64,000 bases of DNA from Calditrichia bacterium (GTDB lineage: Bacteria; Calditrichota; Calditrichia; JAJRVZ01), in contig CAVZSQ010000022.1 of NCBI GenBank assembly GCA_963777955.1, positions 864,001-928,000 of the forward strand, in the 5' to 3' direction. The notes below the pieces were generated by a model, which made no database searches, was not told where the DNA came from, and worked only from the letters and a program-made list of their open reading frames with translations. Below, one piece after another: positions 9,650-23,701 of the stretch (position 1 is its first letter; every line of letters starts with the position of its first letter). The translations under genes were made by a program, and so were the position numbers.

Positions 9650-10144
9650 ATGCTTGATTTAGATCCCGGAATGATGATCTGGGCCTGGGCCACATTCCTG
9701 GCGCTGCTCTTTTTATTGTATAAGGTTGCCTGGAAGCCCATATTCTCGGTCATCGAGAAACGCGAGCAGACAATCCAGGACTCATTGGACAAAGCCAGTA
9801 AGGCCAATGAAGAGGCACAGGTGTTGCTGCAGAAGCACGCAGAGATTATGAACACAGCCCAGGGTGAAGCCCAGCAGATCATCAAGGAAAATCGCGAACT
9901 GGCTGAAAAATCACGGCAGGAGATAATCGAGCAGGCCAGGAATTCCGCTCAAAAAATAGTTGATAAAGCCAAACTGGAAATTGAGAAGGAAAAGGAAAAC
10001 GCCCTGCTGGCCCTGCGCAGTGAAGTGGCTGATCTGGCCATCGCAGCGACCAAAAAGATTCTGCATGAGTCGCTGGATGAAAAAAGACAGCGTGCCATTG
10101 TCAATACCCTGATCGATCAGATACCGAAATCTTCCTCCAACTAA
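9650..10144 (+). CDS. atpF: ATP synthase Fo subunit b
   Basis: N-terminal TM, AWKPI...REQTI, long coiled coil. Confidence 0.95.
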   Translation: MLDLDPGMMIWAWATFLALLFLLYKVAWKPIFSVIEKREQTIQDSLDKASKANEEAQVLLQKHAEIMNTAQGEAQQIIKENRELAEKSRQEIIEQARNSAQKIVDKAKLEIEKEKENALLALRSEVADLAIAATKKILHESLDEKRQRAIVNTLIDQIPKSSSN

Positions 10145-10164
10145 AGCAGGGATGAAAAACAGGA

Positions 10165-10699
10165 ATGAGCCGCGTAGGTATCCGTTACAGTAAAGCCCTT
10201 TTTCAACTGGCCAAAGAACAACATAAACTCGAGCAGGTAGAATCCGAATTAGTGATGCTGTCCGGGCTGATCAAATCCAACCGGGACTTGAATGGCCTGC
10301 TGGTCAATCCGTTGATCACCGCGGCGAAAAAGGTCAGAGATCGTTTCGCGGGTATTTAAAGGCAAACTGGATGCTCTGACCTTTAATTTTGTAATCCTGA
10401 TTTGCCGGAATAAACGCAGCGACCTGCTGCAGGAAATCATTGATCAATTCCGGGAACGGGTGCTGGAGGAGCAGGGGACCTGGCAGGGCCAGATCTTCAG
10501 CGCCCAGCCGCTGGCGCCGGCCCAGATCGACCTGATCACCAAACGGATAATGGATCTTACCGGTAAAACGGTTATTCTAGAAGCGCAGCTGGACCAGAAT
10601 CTGCTGGGCGGTTTTATCGTTAAAATTAAAGATACGATCATCGATCTGTCGATCAAGGGCCAACTGGACCAGTTGCGAACTAAATTGATTTCCGGTTAA
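10165..10699 (+). CDS. atpH: ATP synthase F1 subunit delta (frameshift near 10335)
   Basis: RYSKALF in the first frame; LLGGFIVKIKDTIIDLSIKGQL in the second. Confidence 0.92.
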
Positions 10700-10741
10700 T
10701 TTAAAATATGAAAATGTTTTAGTAGAAAAGGATGAATATCC

Positions 10742-12265
10742 ATGGGTAATGCAGTCAGACCAGGTGAGATATCCGATATTTTGAAAAAAGAACTGGCCGG
10801 ATTTGAAACCAGGGCGGAAATCTATGAAGTCGGCACCGTGCTGCAGGTCGGTGACGGAATCGCCCGGGTTTACGGTTTGGAAAAAGTGATGGCCGGCGAG
10901 CTGGTGGAATTCCCCAACGATGTCATGGGCATGGTTTTCAATCTCGAGGAAGATAATGTCGGTGTGATTCTGTTCGGCGATGAAACGCTGATCAAAGAAG
11001 GGGATCTGGTCAAACGTACCAGGCGTATTGTCGAAATTCCCACGGGGGATGAAATGCTGGGCCGGGTAATCAGTCCGCTCGGCCAACCGCTGGACGGTAA
11101 AGGAAAAATAAAAGCCAAGGTTTTTGTACCGGTCGAGAGAAAGGCACCGGGGGTGATCAAACGGCAGCCGGTCAAGGAACCGCTGGCTACCGGTATTAAA
11201 GCCATCGATTCCATGATTCCCATCGGTCGCGGTCAACGGGAACTGATTATCGGCGACCGGCAAACCGGTAAAACAGCCGTCGCTCTCGATACCATTATAA
11301 ATCAAAAAGGTAAAGATGTAATTTGCATCTACGTGGCCATCGGTCAGAAAGCCTCCACGGTGGCCAGGGTAATCCAGACTTTTGAAGATCATGGCGCCAT
11401 GGAGTATACTATTGTAGTTTCAGCCAATGCCAGCGAACCTGCTCCGCTGCAATACCTGGCACCATACTCCGGAGCCGCCATCGGCGAGTATTTCAGGGAC
11501 TCCGGCCGCCATGCTTTAATTGTATATGATGATCTTTCCAAGCATGCCTGGGCCTACCGCCAGGTTTCGCTGCTGTTGCGCCGCCCGCCCGGTCGCGAAG
11601 CATATCCCGGTGATGTTTTTTATCTGCATTCCCGGCTGCTGGAGCGGGCCGCCAAGATGAGCGATGAATTCGGCGGAGGAACACTGACGGCTCTGCCGAT
11701 CATCGAAACCCAGGCTGGCGATGTTTCAGCCTATATTCCTACCAATGTTATTTCCATTACCGATGGCCAGATCTACCTGGAGACCGATCTGTTCTATTCC
11801 GGAATCCGTCCGGCCATCAATGCCGGGCTTTCGGTTTCACGCGTGGGCGGCAGTGCCCAGATAAAAGCAATGAAACAGGTGGCCGGCCGGCTGCGCATTG
11901 ACCTGGCCCAGTACCGCGACCTGGAGGCCTTTGCTAAATTCGGCTCGGATCTGGATAAGGCTACCCAGCAGCAATTGCACCGCGGACAGCGGCTGGTGGA
12001 AATATTAAAACAGGATCAATATGTTCCGCTGCAGTTCGAACAGCAAATCGTCATCATCTTTGCGGCTACCAACGGCTACATTGATTCCATCGCCATCAAT
12101 CAGATCCGTCGCTATGAAAAGGAATTACTTGCTTTTTTGCTGATGAAACATCCCAAACTTTTGCCCGATATCGCCGGGCGGAAGATCATGGATGATGACA
12201 TCAAACAACGCCTGGCACAGGCTCTCCAGGAATTCAGCCAGTTTTTTAAAACAGAGGAAAAATAA
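10742..12265 (+). CDS. atpA: ATP synthase F1 subunit alpha
   Basis: [29 protein letters not shown]. Confidence 0.99.
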   Translation: MGNAVRPGEISDILKKELAGFETRAEIYEVGTVLQVGDGIARVYGLEKVMAGELVEFPNDVMGMVFNLEEDNVGVILFGDETLIKEGDLVKRTRRIVEIPTGDEMLGRVISPLGQPLDGKGKIKAKVFVPVERKAPGVIKRQPVKEPLATGIKAIDSMIPIGRGQRELIIGDRQTGKTAVALDTIINQKGKDVICIYVAIGQKASTVARVIQTFEDHGAMEYTIVVSANASEPAPLQYLAPYSGAAIGEYFRDSGRHALIVYDDLSKHAWAYRQVSLLLRRPPGREAYPGDVFYLHSRLLERAAKMSDEFGGGTLTALPIIETQAGDVSAYIPTNVISITDGQIYLETDLFYSGIRPAINAGLSVSRVGGSAQIKAMKQVAGRLRIDLAQYRDLEAFAKFGSDLDKATQQQLHRGQRLVEILKQDQYVPLQFEQQIVIIFAATNGYIDSIAINQIRRYEKELLAFLLMKHPKLLPDIAGRKIMDDDIKQRLAQALQEFSQFFKTEEK

Positions 12266-13133
12266 TGCCTACCCTGCGTGAAATACGACGCCGGATATCC
12301 AGTGTTCAGAGTACTCAGCAAATCACCAAGGCTATGAAAATGGTGGCAGCTGCCAAGTTGCGCCGGGCCCAGGAAAATATTCTGGCCACCCGGCCTTATG
12401 CCTATAAACTGGCCGGTACCATCGGACACCTGGTGGCCAGATTAGAACATAGCGCAAATCCGCTGCTGAAAGTTCGTCCCGTGCAAAAGGTATTGCTGGT
12501 GGTGGTTACGGCCGATCGCGGACTGTGCGGGGCATTTAACAGTAATATCATCCGTTATGCTACCCATCTTATTAATTCCTATACGCAATCTCGAGTTGTT
12601 TCTTTTTCCGGTGGGTAAAAAGGGATTCGATCACCTGGCTAAGCGATCGGGCAGGATTTTTTCACACAAGATAAACTTCTTCAATCATTTGGATTTTAAA
12701 GATGCAGTAGAAATTGTCGACCAGCTGGTGCAGGCTTACCAGACCGACCAGTTTGACCGTATCGAGATAGTTTATAATCAGTTTAAATCAGCTATTCAGC
12801 AGAATATAACCCTGGAACAATTCCTGCCCTTTATACCGGATCAGGAACTGCAACAAACCAAATCATTGATCGATTTTCTTTATGAACCGGGCAAAGAAGA
12901 AATTTTAAGTGTGCTGATTCCCAGGCACCTCCATATACAGATGTGGAAAATTTTACTGGAAAGTAATGCGGCCGAACAGGGTGCACGCATGACTGCCATG
13001 GAAAGTGCCACCGAAAATGCCGAAGATATGATCGGCTGTATTATCATTGGGATATAACCGGGCCCGCCAGGCGGCCATTACCAAGGAAATATCGGAAATT
13101 GTCGGCGGTGCCGAAGCTTTGAAAGAAAGATAA
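12265..13133 (+). CDS. atpG: ATP synthase F1 subunit gamma (frameshifts near 12590 and 13040)
   Basis: [30 protein letters not shown], then [23 protein letters not shown] in a third frame ending TAA at 13131-13133. Confidence 0.95.
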
Positions 13134-13141
13134 TTATTTAA

Positions 13142-14554
<1,413 letters not shown>

Positions 14555-14600
14555 AGGGGATTAGCTACCGGCAGGGATTGTAGTAAAATAGGAAAGGCAG

Positions 14601-15000
14601 ATGGCCGCGTTAAATATTGATATTGTCACACCCGGCGGGAAAGTTTTTTCAGGGGAGATCAAATCCTGCACCGCCACCGGTGCTGCTGGCGAGTTCTGCA
14701 TCCTGAAAAATCATACGGCTTTGCTTTCTGCTTTAAGTATCGGCATCATAAAAATCGAAATGGCCGAAGGTAAAAAAATGCTGGCAACCAGCGGGGGATT
14801 TTTAGAGGTCCTCAATAACAGGATCAGCGTAATGGTAGAGACGGCTGAATGGGCTGAGCAGATAGATGTAGAAAGAGGCTAAGGCCGCAGCAGAACGGGC
14901 CAGAAAAAGAATGGAACAAAAACAGGATATCGACATCCCCCGGGCTAAACTGGCCCTGGCCAGGGCGCTAAACCGGCTGAAAGTGTCTTCCCACAGTTAG
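14601..15000 (+). CDS. atpC: ATP synthase F1 subunit epsilon (frameshift near 14878)
   Basis: IVTP, GEFCILKNH, SGGFLEV; shifted frame gives AKAAAERA...ALARALNRL, stop at 14998-15000. Confidence 0.93.
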
Positions 15001-15080
15001 ATTTGTTGAAAAACAACTCACAGGGCAGTAATTAGTAACAGCTGTAAGACTATGGTAAAATTAATTTTAGATATTTTTTC

Positions 15081-15108
15081 TTGACTAATAATGTGAAAAA
15101 GTTAAATT
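15081..15108 (+). promoter_or_regulatory. Putative sigma70 promoter of the TPR/ExbBD/TonB operon
   Basis: TTGACT-16 bp-TAAATT in the AT-rich gap before 15160. Confidence 0.45.
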
Positions 15109-15159
15109 AGTAAATATTAATTAATTAAAAGGGTTAGAGTTAATAGCAAAGGTAAATCT

Positions 15160-17772
15160 ATGAGTATTAAAACCCTTTTCATGATTTTGACAATTTGTTT
15201 ACTGGTGGCCGGTTACCACCCTTCCGTGTCATTTGCGCAGTCATCCGCTAGTGCGGCCTTAGAGCAGGCCATCAAGGATTTTATTGACCTGAACTTCGTG
15301 AATTACGGAGAAGATTTTATTGCTCAGGAAAGATTTTTGATCGAGCAGATGCGCTTAATCAACTATGAAATTGAGGCGCGGGTTTCAAATATTGACCAGG
15401 CCCGGGATAAGTACTTTAACGGCCTGAAAAGCAGATTGCAGGAAATCAAAGATCTGCGGGCCCGCTTAAGCAGCTCCGGCTCGTCTTCTTTAATCTCTTT
15501 TATCGATAAATTGCAGACGAGCATTGAAGAAACCATCGACGAAGGTAAACTCAACTATGAACGCCAGAAGGTGCTGGAAGATGGTTTACAACTGCTCTAC
15601 ATCGCCGAGGAGATGTCCAATCTTGATTCCGGAACCAGGGTGGAGAGCGATCCGCAAATTGCCCAGCGCCTGGAAACCTCGCGTCAATTACTGATGAACA
15701 GTTTCGGCGCAGGAAAAGCCACCAGCGGCGGACCTGATTACAATACCATCAACTCAGCCAGTCCGGGTACGATTTTCGGTTTATTCAAGACCTGGAAAAC
15801 GGAGAATATGGTAAAATATGAAACGCGCTGGTCGGATGTGCAGGCTGTCAAGAACAGCATGCTGCGCGAGAGTACGGTTCAGGAGAAAGAACGGATCTTT
15901 AACCGGGAACTGGAATCGGCCTTAATGGCCTATAATTTTACGCGCTTTGATCTGGCTGACCGCATGTTTACGGAAATTCTGACCCGCTACGATTTTGTCA
16001 AACAGGTCGATGATATATATTTTTATAAGGGTGAATCCAATTATTTTCTGGACCGCTTTTCAATTGCCGGGGATACCTATTTGCAACTGGTAGAGAAATT
16101 CCCGTCGTCCTCCTTCGCCCCTGCATCCTATAGTCGTCTGGTTTTGATCGCTTATCATCTCGAACAGCCGGATAAAGTCGCTGAGTACTTTGACAAATAC
16201 GAACAATCAGCAGCGAGCAGTGATCCTGCTTATGATGAAACACGGTTCGTGGCAGCGCACGCGGCCATTAAGAATTCCGATTACGCCTCGGCCGTCGAAA
16301 TCCTCAACGCGGTTTTTCCGGCGTCCGATTTTTATGTAGATTCCCGCTATTTAATGGCTCAGGCTTACATCGGAGCCAATAATTTACAGGAAGCCGATAA
16401 TGTCCTGACCGGCCTGATCAAAGATTATACCCTGTCCACCGATTATTATTTCAATCTGCTGCTGAAACTGGCTTATGTTAAGTATGAAAAGGGTGAATAT
16501 CCGCTGGCCATTCACTATCTCGATCAAATCGGCGGGAATTTCCCCTGGTATGACCGGGTCTTGTTATGCTACGGCTGGAATTATTATAAAATAGAATTGC
16601 AGAAAACAAAAGATCAGGTAAAAGATTTCAATTATGCCAAGCGTTACCTGCAATTGTTGCTGGATTCGTTTTTAACCTCTGATTATTATCTGGAAGCAAA
16701 AAGTCTGCTGGGCTATATCTATCAACTTGAAGAACAGGCCGGCAGTGCCATCGGCGAATTTGACGCTGTTTTTCGCGCCCGTTTTACCAAGGAAATAACC
16801 GATCAGACCCTGGTTAAAAGGGACAGCCTGGAAAACAAGTTGTTAAATTTGGAAACAGACAAATATACAGCGCTCGCGCAGGATAATGTCCAGTCTTTTT
16901 CGACTTCGCAATACCAGTACTCGGAAGTGCAGGATTCCCTGCTGTTAGTCGGCTATGATGACCAGGCCCTGGCCTGGCAGGCCACGGAAAGTGAAGTCGA
17001 TAAAATAAAAGAGCAGATTAAGGAATTAGACCGGTTAAAAAAGATTGCCAAGGAACGAAACAGTACGGCGCTGGTGGCCCGGATTGAGAATTTACAGGAT
17101 CGTCTGGAATCTTCGATCGAACATTCCTCTGCCTTGACTGAACAGGAACAGCAAGGTCCCGGATACCTGGCCTCCAATTCAGCTGCCCGCCGTGAGAGTG
17201 TAATCGAGGACCAGAATAAAAAAATTGAGCAGATCCGCCAGGAAATTCAGTCGCAAAAACAACTGTTGGATAACGCTCTGCTGGATCTGTCCGGAGAAAT
17301 TGACCGGGCCCGGGCGGCCAAGAGTTTTAATCGCATGGTACACCTGGAAGTAAAGCGTGATCAGTACGAAGCGTTAAAAAACCGTTATGATGTACTGGCT
17401 ACCTATGTTTTTGATCTTAATCCTGAGGCCTCCAATATCAATCTGCAAAAGTGGAGCGATTACAGTGCCTTTGGTATTGCCAATGTTAATTATGCGGTGA
17501 AACAGAATAAATTAGACCAGCGTGCCTTTTACCTGGACCAGATTAACAAGATCAATCAGATATTGAACAGCCGTAAAATGACGATTGATTTCATGATTAA
17601 TCAAATTGACGGTGAGATCAGTTTTATGACCCGTCGTGTCCGCCGGCAGGAACGATTGCGTGAGCGGGCCGAACTGAACCGTAAATTTGAAGAGACCTAT
17701 TTCGATACTCATACCACGGAAACGGAGGGGACGCAAACCAAACCACCTGAAACCGAACAGCAAAATCAGTAA
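15160..17772 (+). CDS. Exported TPR and coiled-coil protein, GltC-like
   Basis: Signal peptide; repeated TPR motifs (YFYKGESNY, SRYLMAQAY, WYDRVLLCYGWNYY, YYLEAKSLLGYIY); coiled-coil C-terminal third. Confidence 0.75.
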   Translation: MSIKTLFMILTICLLVAGYHPSVSFAQSSASAALEQAIKDFIDLNFVNYGEDFIAQERFLIEQMRLINYEIEARVSNIDQARDKYFNGLKSRLQEIKDLRARLSSSGSSSLISFIDKLQTSIEETIDEGKLNYERQKVLEDGLQLLYIAEEMSNLDSGTRVESDPQIAQRLETSRQLLMNSFGAGKATSGGPDYNTINSASPGTIFGLFKTWKTENMVKYETRWSDVQAVKNSMLRESTVQEKERIFNRELESALMAYNFTRFDLADRMFTEILTRYDFVKQVDDIYFYKGESNYFLDRFSIAGDTYLQLVEKFPSSSFAPASYSRLVLIAYHLEQPDKVAEYFDKYEQSAASSDPAYDETRFVAAHAAIKNSDYASAVEILNAVFPASDFYVDSRYLMAQAYIGANNLQEADNVLTGLIKDYTLSTDYYFNLLLKLAYVKYEKGEYPLAIHYLDQIGGNFPWYDRVLLCYGWNYYKIELQKTKDQVKDFNYAKRYLQLLLDSFLTSDYYLEAKSLLGYIYQLEEQAGSAIGEFDAVFRARFTKEITDQTLVKRDSLENKLLNLETDKYTALAQDNVQSFSTSQYQYSEVQDSLLLVGYDDQALAWQATESEVDKIKEQIKELDRLKKIAKERNSTALVARIENLQDRLESSIEHSSALTEQEQQGPGYLASNSAARRESVIEDQNKKIEQIRQEIQSQKQLLDNALLDLSGEIDRARAAKSFNRMVHLEVKRDQYEALKNRYDVLATYVFDLNPEASNINLQKWSDYSAFGIANVNYAVKQNKLDQRAFYLDQINKINQILNSRKMTIDFMINQIDGEISFMTRRVRRQERLRERAELNRKFEETYFDTHTTETEGTQTKPPETEQQNQ

Positions 17773-17796
17773 AAAAAAGGCAGTCTAAATAAATCC

Positions 17797-20700
17797 ATGG
17801 TAGAAAAAATGATCAAAATGAATATTTGCCAGCGTAGCAGATGCAAGCTGCGCCTGTTGGCTCTTGTTTATAATCTTCCTCGCCATGAGCGGAATATCTC
17901 TGGCCCAGCAGACCCAATTGCAGGATATGCAGGTTTTGGCCGATACGCTATTCCGGAATATGTCTATTGATGAATTGAAAAAGATCCAGCAGGAATATCA
18001 GGGCCGGGTTCAGACCATCACCGGTGAAGAAGAAAAAATGCGTGAAATGGGTCTGGAAGTTACTGAAACACTGCTCCGTCAGGAAGGGGAAAGAATAAAA
18101 GACCAGGATAAGATTCTGGTGCGCATGGCGGAATATTATATAGAAAAAGCCGAGAATGAATATTTTGCCAAGCAGGAAGAGTACGATAAAGAGTATACCG
18201 TGTATCTGGAAAAACTGGATCAATTCACGGCCGGATTATTAAAAGAAGAACCGGCAGCCGCCCGAAAATGTCAAGTACGATTATACTGGGGTAGTGAAAA
18301 TTTATGATCAGATTGTAAATGATTATCCGCAGAGTGAATTCGCCGATGACGCTTTATACAATAAGGCCTTCCTGTTGCAGCGCATGGGTGAAGGGGCAGA
18401 TTCCCGGCGCATTTATCAGGAAGTTATTGACCGTTATCCGGACAGCCATTTTGCCGCAGAATCATATATGCGTCTGGCCGAATATTTCTTCGATCCCCGT
18501 GAAGATAAAGACACCGAGCAATCGGTGGTCGAATTACAGAAAGCTATCAAGTTATATCAGAAAGTGCTGGAATATAAAGATTCCCGCCGGTACGACGAAG
18601 CGTTGTACAAACTTGGTTGGAGTTACTATCGCCTGACCGCCACCGATCCCAACTACTATACCGATGCCATCGCATATTTCATGGCCGTCGTTGATGATAT
18701 AACCATGGCGGAGAAGATGGATCCGGAGCAGAAGATCTCCTCCCCCAATGTAAAACAGGAAGCCATCCAGTATATCGGTATCAGTTTCTGCGATGAAGAA
18801 AATTATGCTTATGCCGGTGTGCAAAGGGCTCGCGGTTTTATCGAACAGGTCGGCGGCAGGGAATTCGGCGTCGATATCATGCGGGCCATGGGCCAGACCT
18901 TTCAGACCATTGAAAAAAATGAGAAGGCCATCGAAGCCTATACCACCTTGCTGGAGATGTATCCTTATTACTACGAAGCGCCGGTAATCAAACAAAAAGT
19001 CGCCGACACCTATTACGCGCTGGGCAGAGACGAAGATGATTACCGTACGCGCTATGAATTATTCCGTGACTACAATCCCAATTCCGAATGGTATCAGAAA
19101 TTGCTGGCCTCGGAATTACCGGATAAACTTAAATATGAACAGCAGGCTTACAACCTGGCGCAGAAGGCCCTGTTTACCAATGTGGGTCAGGATTTACAGA
19201 GAGCGCAGGAAGCCGAGCAGAAAAATCTGCCTTTTAAAGATCTGTACATCACCGTGGCTAACGGTTGTAAAGAGTACCTGAGTGTTTTTACCACCGACAG
19301 TAATGCCTATAAGATCAACTGGTATTATGCCCTGATCCTGGATAAGTATCTTACTCAATTCGAGGATGCTTTTGAGCAGTATGTCCATGTCAGCAACGAC
19401 TACCTGGAAACCGAACACCAGGAAGAAGCCGCCAATAATGCCATTTTTGTGGCCGATACCCTGGTCAGGATCGCTATGGGCGGTAAAAGAGATTCCACAA
19501 TGTTAGTGGATTTAACCGATAAAGAAGTAATAAAACCGGAAATACTCACTGCGGAACAGAAACGACTGATTGAAGCGTACGATAATTATATCCGCCTGTT
19601 CCCCGATGGTGCCAATACTCCGGTTTACCTGGCGGCGGCCGGTCAGATGTATTTCAATCATAAACAGTTTGCCGAAGCAAAAGTATATTTTAAAACCCTG
19701 GTTAACCGTTTCCCCGGCGCGAAGGAAAAAAATATTGCCATGAATGCGATCATGGAATCGTACTTTGCTCTGGGACAATTCCGGGACAGTGAATTTGTAG
19801 CCAAGCGGATTCTCGGTTCGCCGAATCTGACCGATGAACAAAAAGGATTTGCTCAAAAGCGGCTGGCTTCATCCATTTTTAACAGCGCTAAATTGCTGGC
19901 CGACCAGGGTCAATTTCTGGAAGCAGCCGTTGAATATAAGCGGGTTATCGATGAAACACCTTACGATACGACTTATTCCGAAGCGGCCTTGTTTAACAGC
20001 GGTCTGAATTACGATAAAGTCAAGGAGTGGGAAGAAGCGCTGGCCACTTATGTGCTGTTAGCCGAGAAATACCCCAAATCGAAATATAGTTTGCAGGCCC
20101 TGGGCAATGCAGCCGAAGATTATAAGGAATTGAAACAGTACTCCAATGCCGGTAAGATGTACGAACGTATCTATGCCCTGAATGCCAATAATCCCCAGCA
20201 GGCTGAAGTGGCCCTGTATAATGCCAGTTATTATTATGAGGAAGGGGAAGACTGGCTAAATGCCATCCGGGTCAATGATCAGTATATAGTCACCTATCCG
20301 GCCAGCAATGTGGCTACCGACTTATATTTTGACAATGCCGGACATTATCTGAAACTGGAGAATTTAACCGAGGCCAATCGCATTTACAGCGAGTTTGCCC
20401 AGCGTTATCCGGACGATCCCCGCAGCGTGGAAGCCTTCTATCGCCGCGGTGCTTATTATCTCGATCACAGTCAACCGGCCGATGCCAAGAATGAATTCGT
20501 CAAAGCGGTACAGAAGGGGGATGACCTGAGCCGGCGCGGGAAGGATCCGAACCGTTACTATGTCGGTGAAGCGTTAAACAGCCTGGCTAATATCCTGTAT
20601 ACCGATTTTCAGTCAATCGAGTTGCGGCAACCGCAGAGCAATCTGGCCTCCCAGCAGACACGTTTGAAGAACCTGATCCCGGAAATTACCACTACCAACA

Positions 20701-22616
20701 CCAAGATCATTGCCAATGGCTCCATCCGCAGTTTTGAAGCAACTTATAAGAGTGCGGAGATATACGAACTTTTTGCTGACAAGTACTCCGCCCAGGAGCG
20801 CAATCCCAACCTGGATGAGACCAAGAAATTTTTGGAAGATAAAAGGATAAATGACGAATCGGCTGCTTTGTATGATAAAGCGATCACCGAATATAAAAAT
20901 GCCATGCAGAGTATGCCGATGATTGCGACCAAATTTAATGTCGATATTTTTTCAGCAGATACAGCTTTCGTGCAAACCGAACCTGATTCGACCATGCTCG
21001 ATTCCACCCTGGCCATGGACCGGGCGGCCAAGGTGGATACCACCAAACAGGTAGCCCTGCGCTGGTATACCAAAGCCACCAATAAAATTTCATCCCTGTA
21101 TTATAAGCAGGCGGCAATTACTAAAAGCAACATCGACAAAGTTCTGGCCACACCCAATCCTTACACCAATGATCCGTTGAAATCAGTGATTTATACAGTG
21201 ACCCTGATCAGTAAAGGGGTGGGACCATCGGTACAGCAGACCATCCAGGCACATCTGAAGAATATCGAGGAAGCCAAGGCTCTCAATTTAAGCAATAAAT
21301 ATGTTGAAGAGTCGAAACGCCAGTTGCTGGTCACGGCTAACCTGCCGGCCAAAGAACTTGAAAAAACGACCTTTCAGGCTATCGCACCATATCCTGATAT
21401 GGTAAAAGAATATAAACGTCTTACCGAGCTGGAATACGGCGCCAAGAATTCCAGGGGAGAAGATTATCCGCAGGTCAATGACAATGTCAAGCAACTGATC
21501 GATTATTCCAAGACCCTGGCCGTCAGTACCATGGATAATTATGCCGGTACCCTGGATCTGGCCGAACAGCAGGGAATTCAGGATGATCTGATCCGGACGA
21601 CACATGACCGCATGCTGCGCCTGGCGGTTGAATTGACAGATTTGTACGATGCTTATCATGACAGTGCGCGGGTGGCCGACAGCGTCTATGCCGATAAATT
21701 TGCTGCTACTGAAAACTATAATTATGATGATGCTTCGATCTTTTTCCAGGATTTGAATCTGAGTTTCATTGATTACAGTAAAGAAGTACTGGATCATGCT
21801 TTTCAGTTAAAAGAAAAATATGATATAAAAAATGTCTGGGCCAATCGCGTGCTGGGTAAACTGATTAAACTCGATCCGGCTACCTATGCTGCCAGTGTGG
21901 AACGAGAAAAAGTGGTGATTGAGAGCGGCAATGACTGGGTCTATAGTGCCGCGTATACTCCGGGATATAATAAACTTGATTTTGATGATTCCTCCTGGCA
22001 GCGGACAGGGATCGTGCCTTCAGTATTCAACCAGTTCGCCGAGTCTGGGTGTGGATCCTCCTAGTATGTGGATCGTGAATCAGGCAGCGCCGGCAGACAG
22101 CGGGATGGGCGGAGATTCAACTGCAGCTGTACCGGGAGACAGCAGTGCGCTGCTGCTGGATTCAACTTCTCTGGCCGGACCGCAATTTTCCGAGGAGGCG
22201 GGAGTAGCCAGGCAGACAGATACGGTTCAGGTTTATTTCAGGAAAAAGGTAAACCTGAACGGTACGGGTGTCACCGGTATGATTTACCTGACCGCCGATA
22301 ATGATCATGCGATTGTTTATCAATGAGCAGTACATTCTCGATGATGTCGCTGATAATTTTACGGTTCTGGATTCGGTCGATTTCCCGGTCATTCAACCAT
22401 ATCTTAAACCCGGAGAAAATGTATTTGCCCTGCACGTGATCGATACAGACGGGACGGCAGGAGGGGTCAAATTGTATAGTCACCTTGAGCTGATCCCGCT
22501 GGATATCATGGCCTCTGTCGAAGCAAGCGACCAGGATGCAACAACTGAATATCGATCCGCAAATTCTCAAGAAAGTTAATACCTTAAATAAAAATCGTAT
22601 CTCAATTAATAATTAA
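17797..22616 (+). CDS. Giant exported TPR protein, GltD/AgmU-like, ~1600 aa, with C-terminal jelly-roll domain (several frameshifts; pieces 17864-18307, 18294-22064, 21919-22326, 22301-22579)
   Basis: Signal peptide (...SGISLAQQ); many TPRs (ADDALYNKAF, AESYMRLAEYFFD, YDEALYKLGWSYY, EAALFNSG); fragments overlap end to end; final frame ends TAA 22614-22616 just before the next RBS. Confidence 0.75.
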
Positions 22617-22628
22617 AGGTTTGGAAAA

Positions 22629-22979
22629 ATGAGTCGAAAAATATATAGAATTTTAATAACTTTATTACTAATATTGATGGCAGAAAATCTTTTAGCCCAG
22701 AGCACCGATTCAACCCGTACACGGGCACCACAGACAGGGGGCAGCGTGGTGGATTTAACCGGCGAGGCGGTGATTATTAAAGCGGAACCGGAGCGGCCGC
22801 GGGTTAATATTATCGCTGACCGGATCAAGCCGGAGTTTGAAAATATTAACCTGGAGCGTTCGTTCATGCCGGAGTTACTGGGCAAAGGCGAAAAAATTAT
22901 TATCATCGGCCGGCCGTTAAATGATGATCAGATTGAAAGAATAAATATAGAAAAAACAATTTCAAAATCTCGATACTAG
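22629..22979 (+). CDS. Small exported protein, GltF/CglF-like
   Basis: Signal peptide followed by VDLTGEAVIIKAEPERPRV...FENINLERSFMPEL, resembling the recalled CglF pattern; position between TPR genes and motor genes. Confidence 0.55.
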   Translation: MSRKIYRILITLLLILMAENLLAQSTDSTRTRAPQTGGSVVDLTGEAVIIKAEPERPRVNIIADRIKPEFENINLERSFMPELLGKGEKIIIIGRPLNDDQIERINIEKTISKSRY

Positions 22980-23009
22980 GGGCAATAAACTCATTAGGAG
23001 GTAATTTTT

Positions 23010-23672
23010 ATGGAAGTTTTCTTAAAAGAATTCGGTAATTCATTTCTATTTGGCAGTTTGGGTTCTTTCTATATGTACATCATTGCTTTGTTCGGTGCAA
23101 TATGTATCGCTATCGCGATTGAACGGTTCTATTTTATCATGGTCAAGTCTAATGTCAATGCCGATAAATTCATGGCTGAAATCAGAAAACTGGTAGCCGG
23201 CGGAAATATGGACCGGGCTATTGCTCTGTGCGATAAAGGCAAGGAGAAAGCTCTGCCGTACGTGGTATTGCGGGCACTCAAACGGGCCATTGAAAGCGAA
23301 GCGCTTGATTTCCGCGCCATTCAGAATGCAGTCGATGAAGCCACCCTGGAAATTATTCCTAAATTGCAGAAAAGAACCAGTTACCTGGCCATGCTGGCCA
23401 ACGTCGCGACCCTGACCGGACTGATGGGTACTATCTACGGTCTGATCGTATCTTTTACGGCTGTCGGTAGTGAAGGTATCCCGGAAGCCGAAAAGAACCG
23501 CTACCTGGCTGCCGGTATTTCCGCTGCCATGCAGACGACTATCTGGGGATTGACCGTGGCTATTCCGACTCTGATTATCTATACTTACCTGGTCAATCAG
23601 ACCACCAGGATCATCGATGAAATGGATGAACACCTGGTGAAACTAATTAACTTAATTACCGGTAACAGATAA
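23010..23672 (+). CDS. MotA/TolQ/ExbB ion-channel subunit (AglR-like)
   Basis: IAIER after TM1; LAMLANVATLTGLMGTIYGLI; GISAAMQTTIWGLTVAIP. Confidence 0.93.
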   Translation: MEVFLKEFGNSFLFGSLGSFYMYIIALFGAICIAIAIERFYFIMVKSNVNADKFMAEIRKLVAGGNMDRAIALCDKGKEKALPYVVLRALKRAIESEALDFRAIQNAVDEATLEIIPKLQKRTSYLAMLANVATLTGLMGTIYGLIVSFTAVGSEGIPEAEKNRYLAAGISAAMQTTIWGLTVAIPTLIIYTYLVNQTTRIIDEMDEHLVKLINLITGNR

Positions 23673-23701
23673 TAACGAGATTATAGAATCGAGGTTAATT
23701 T

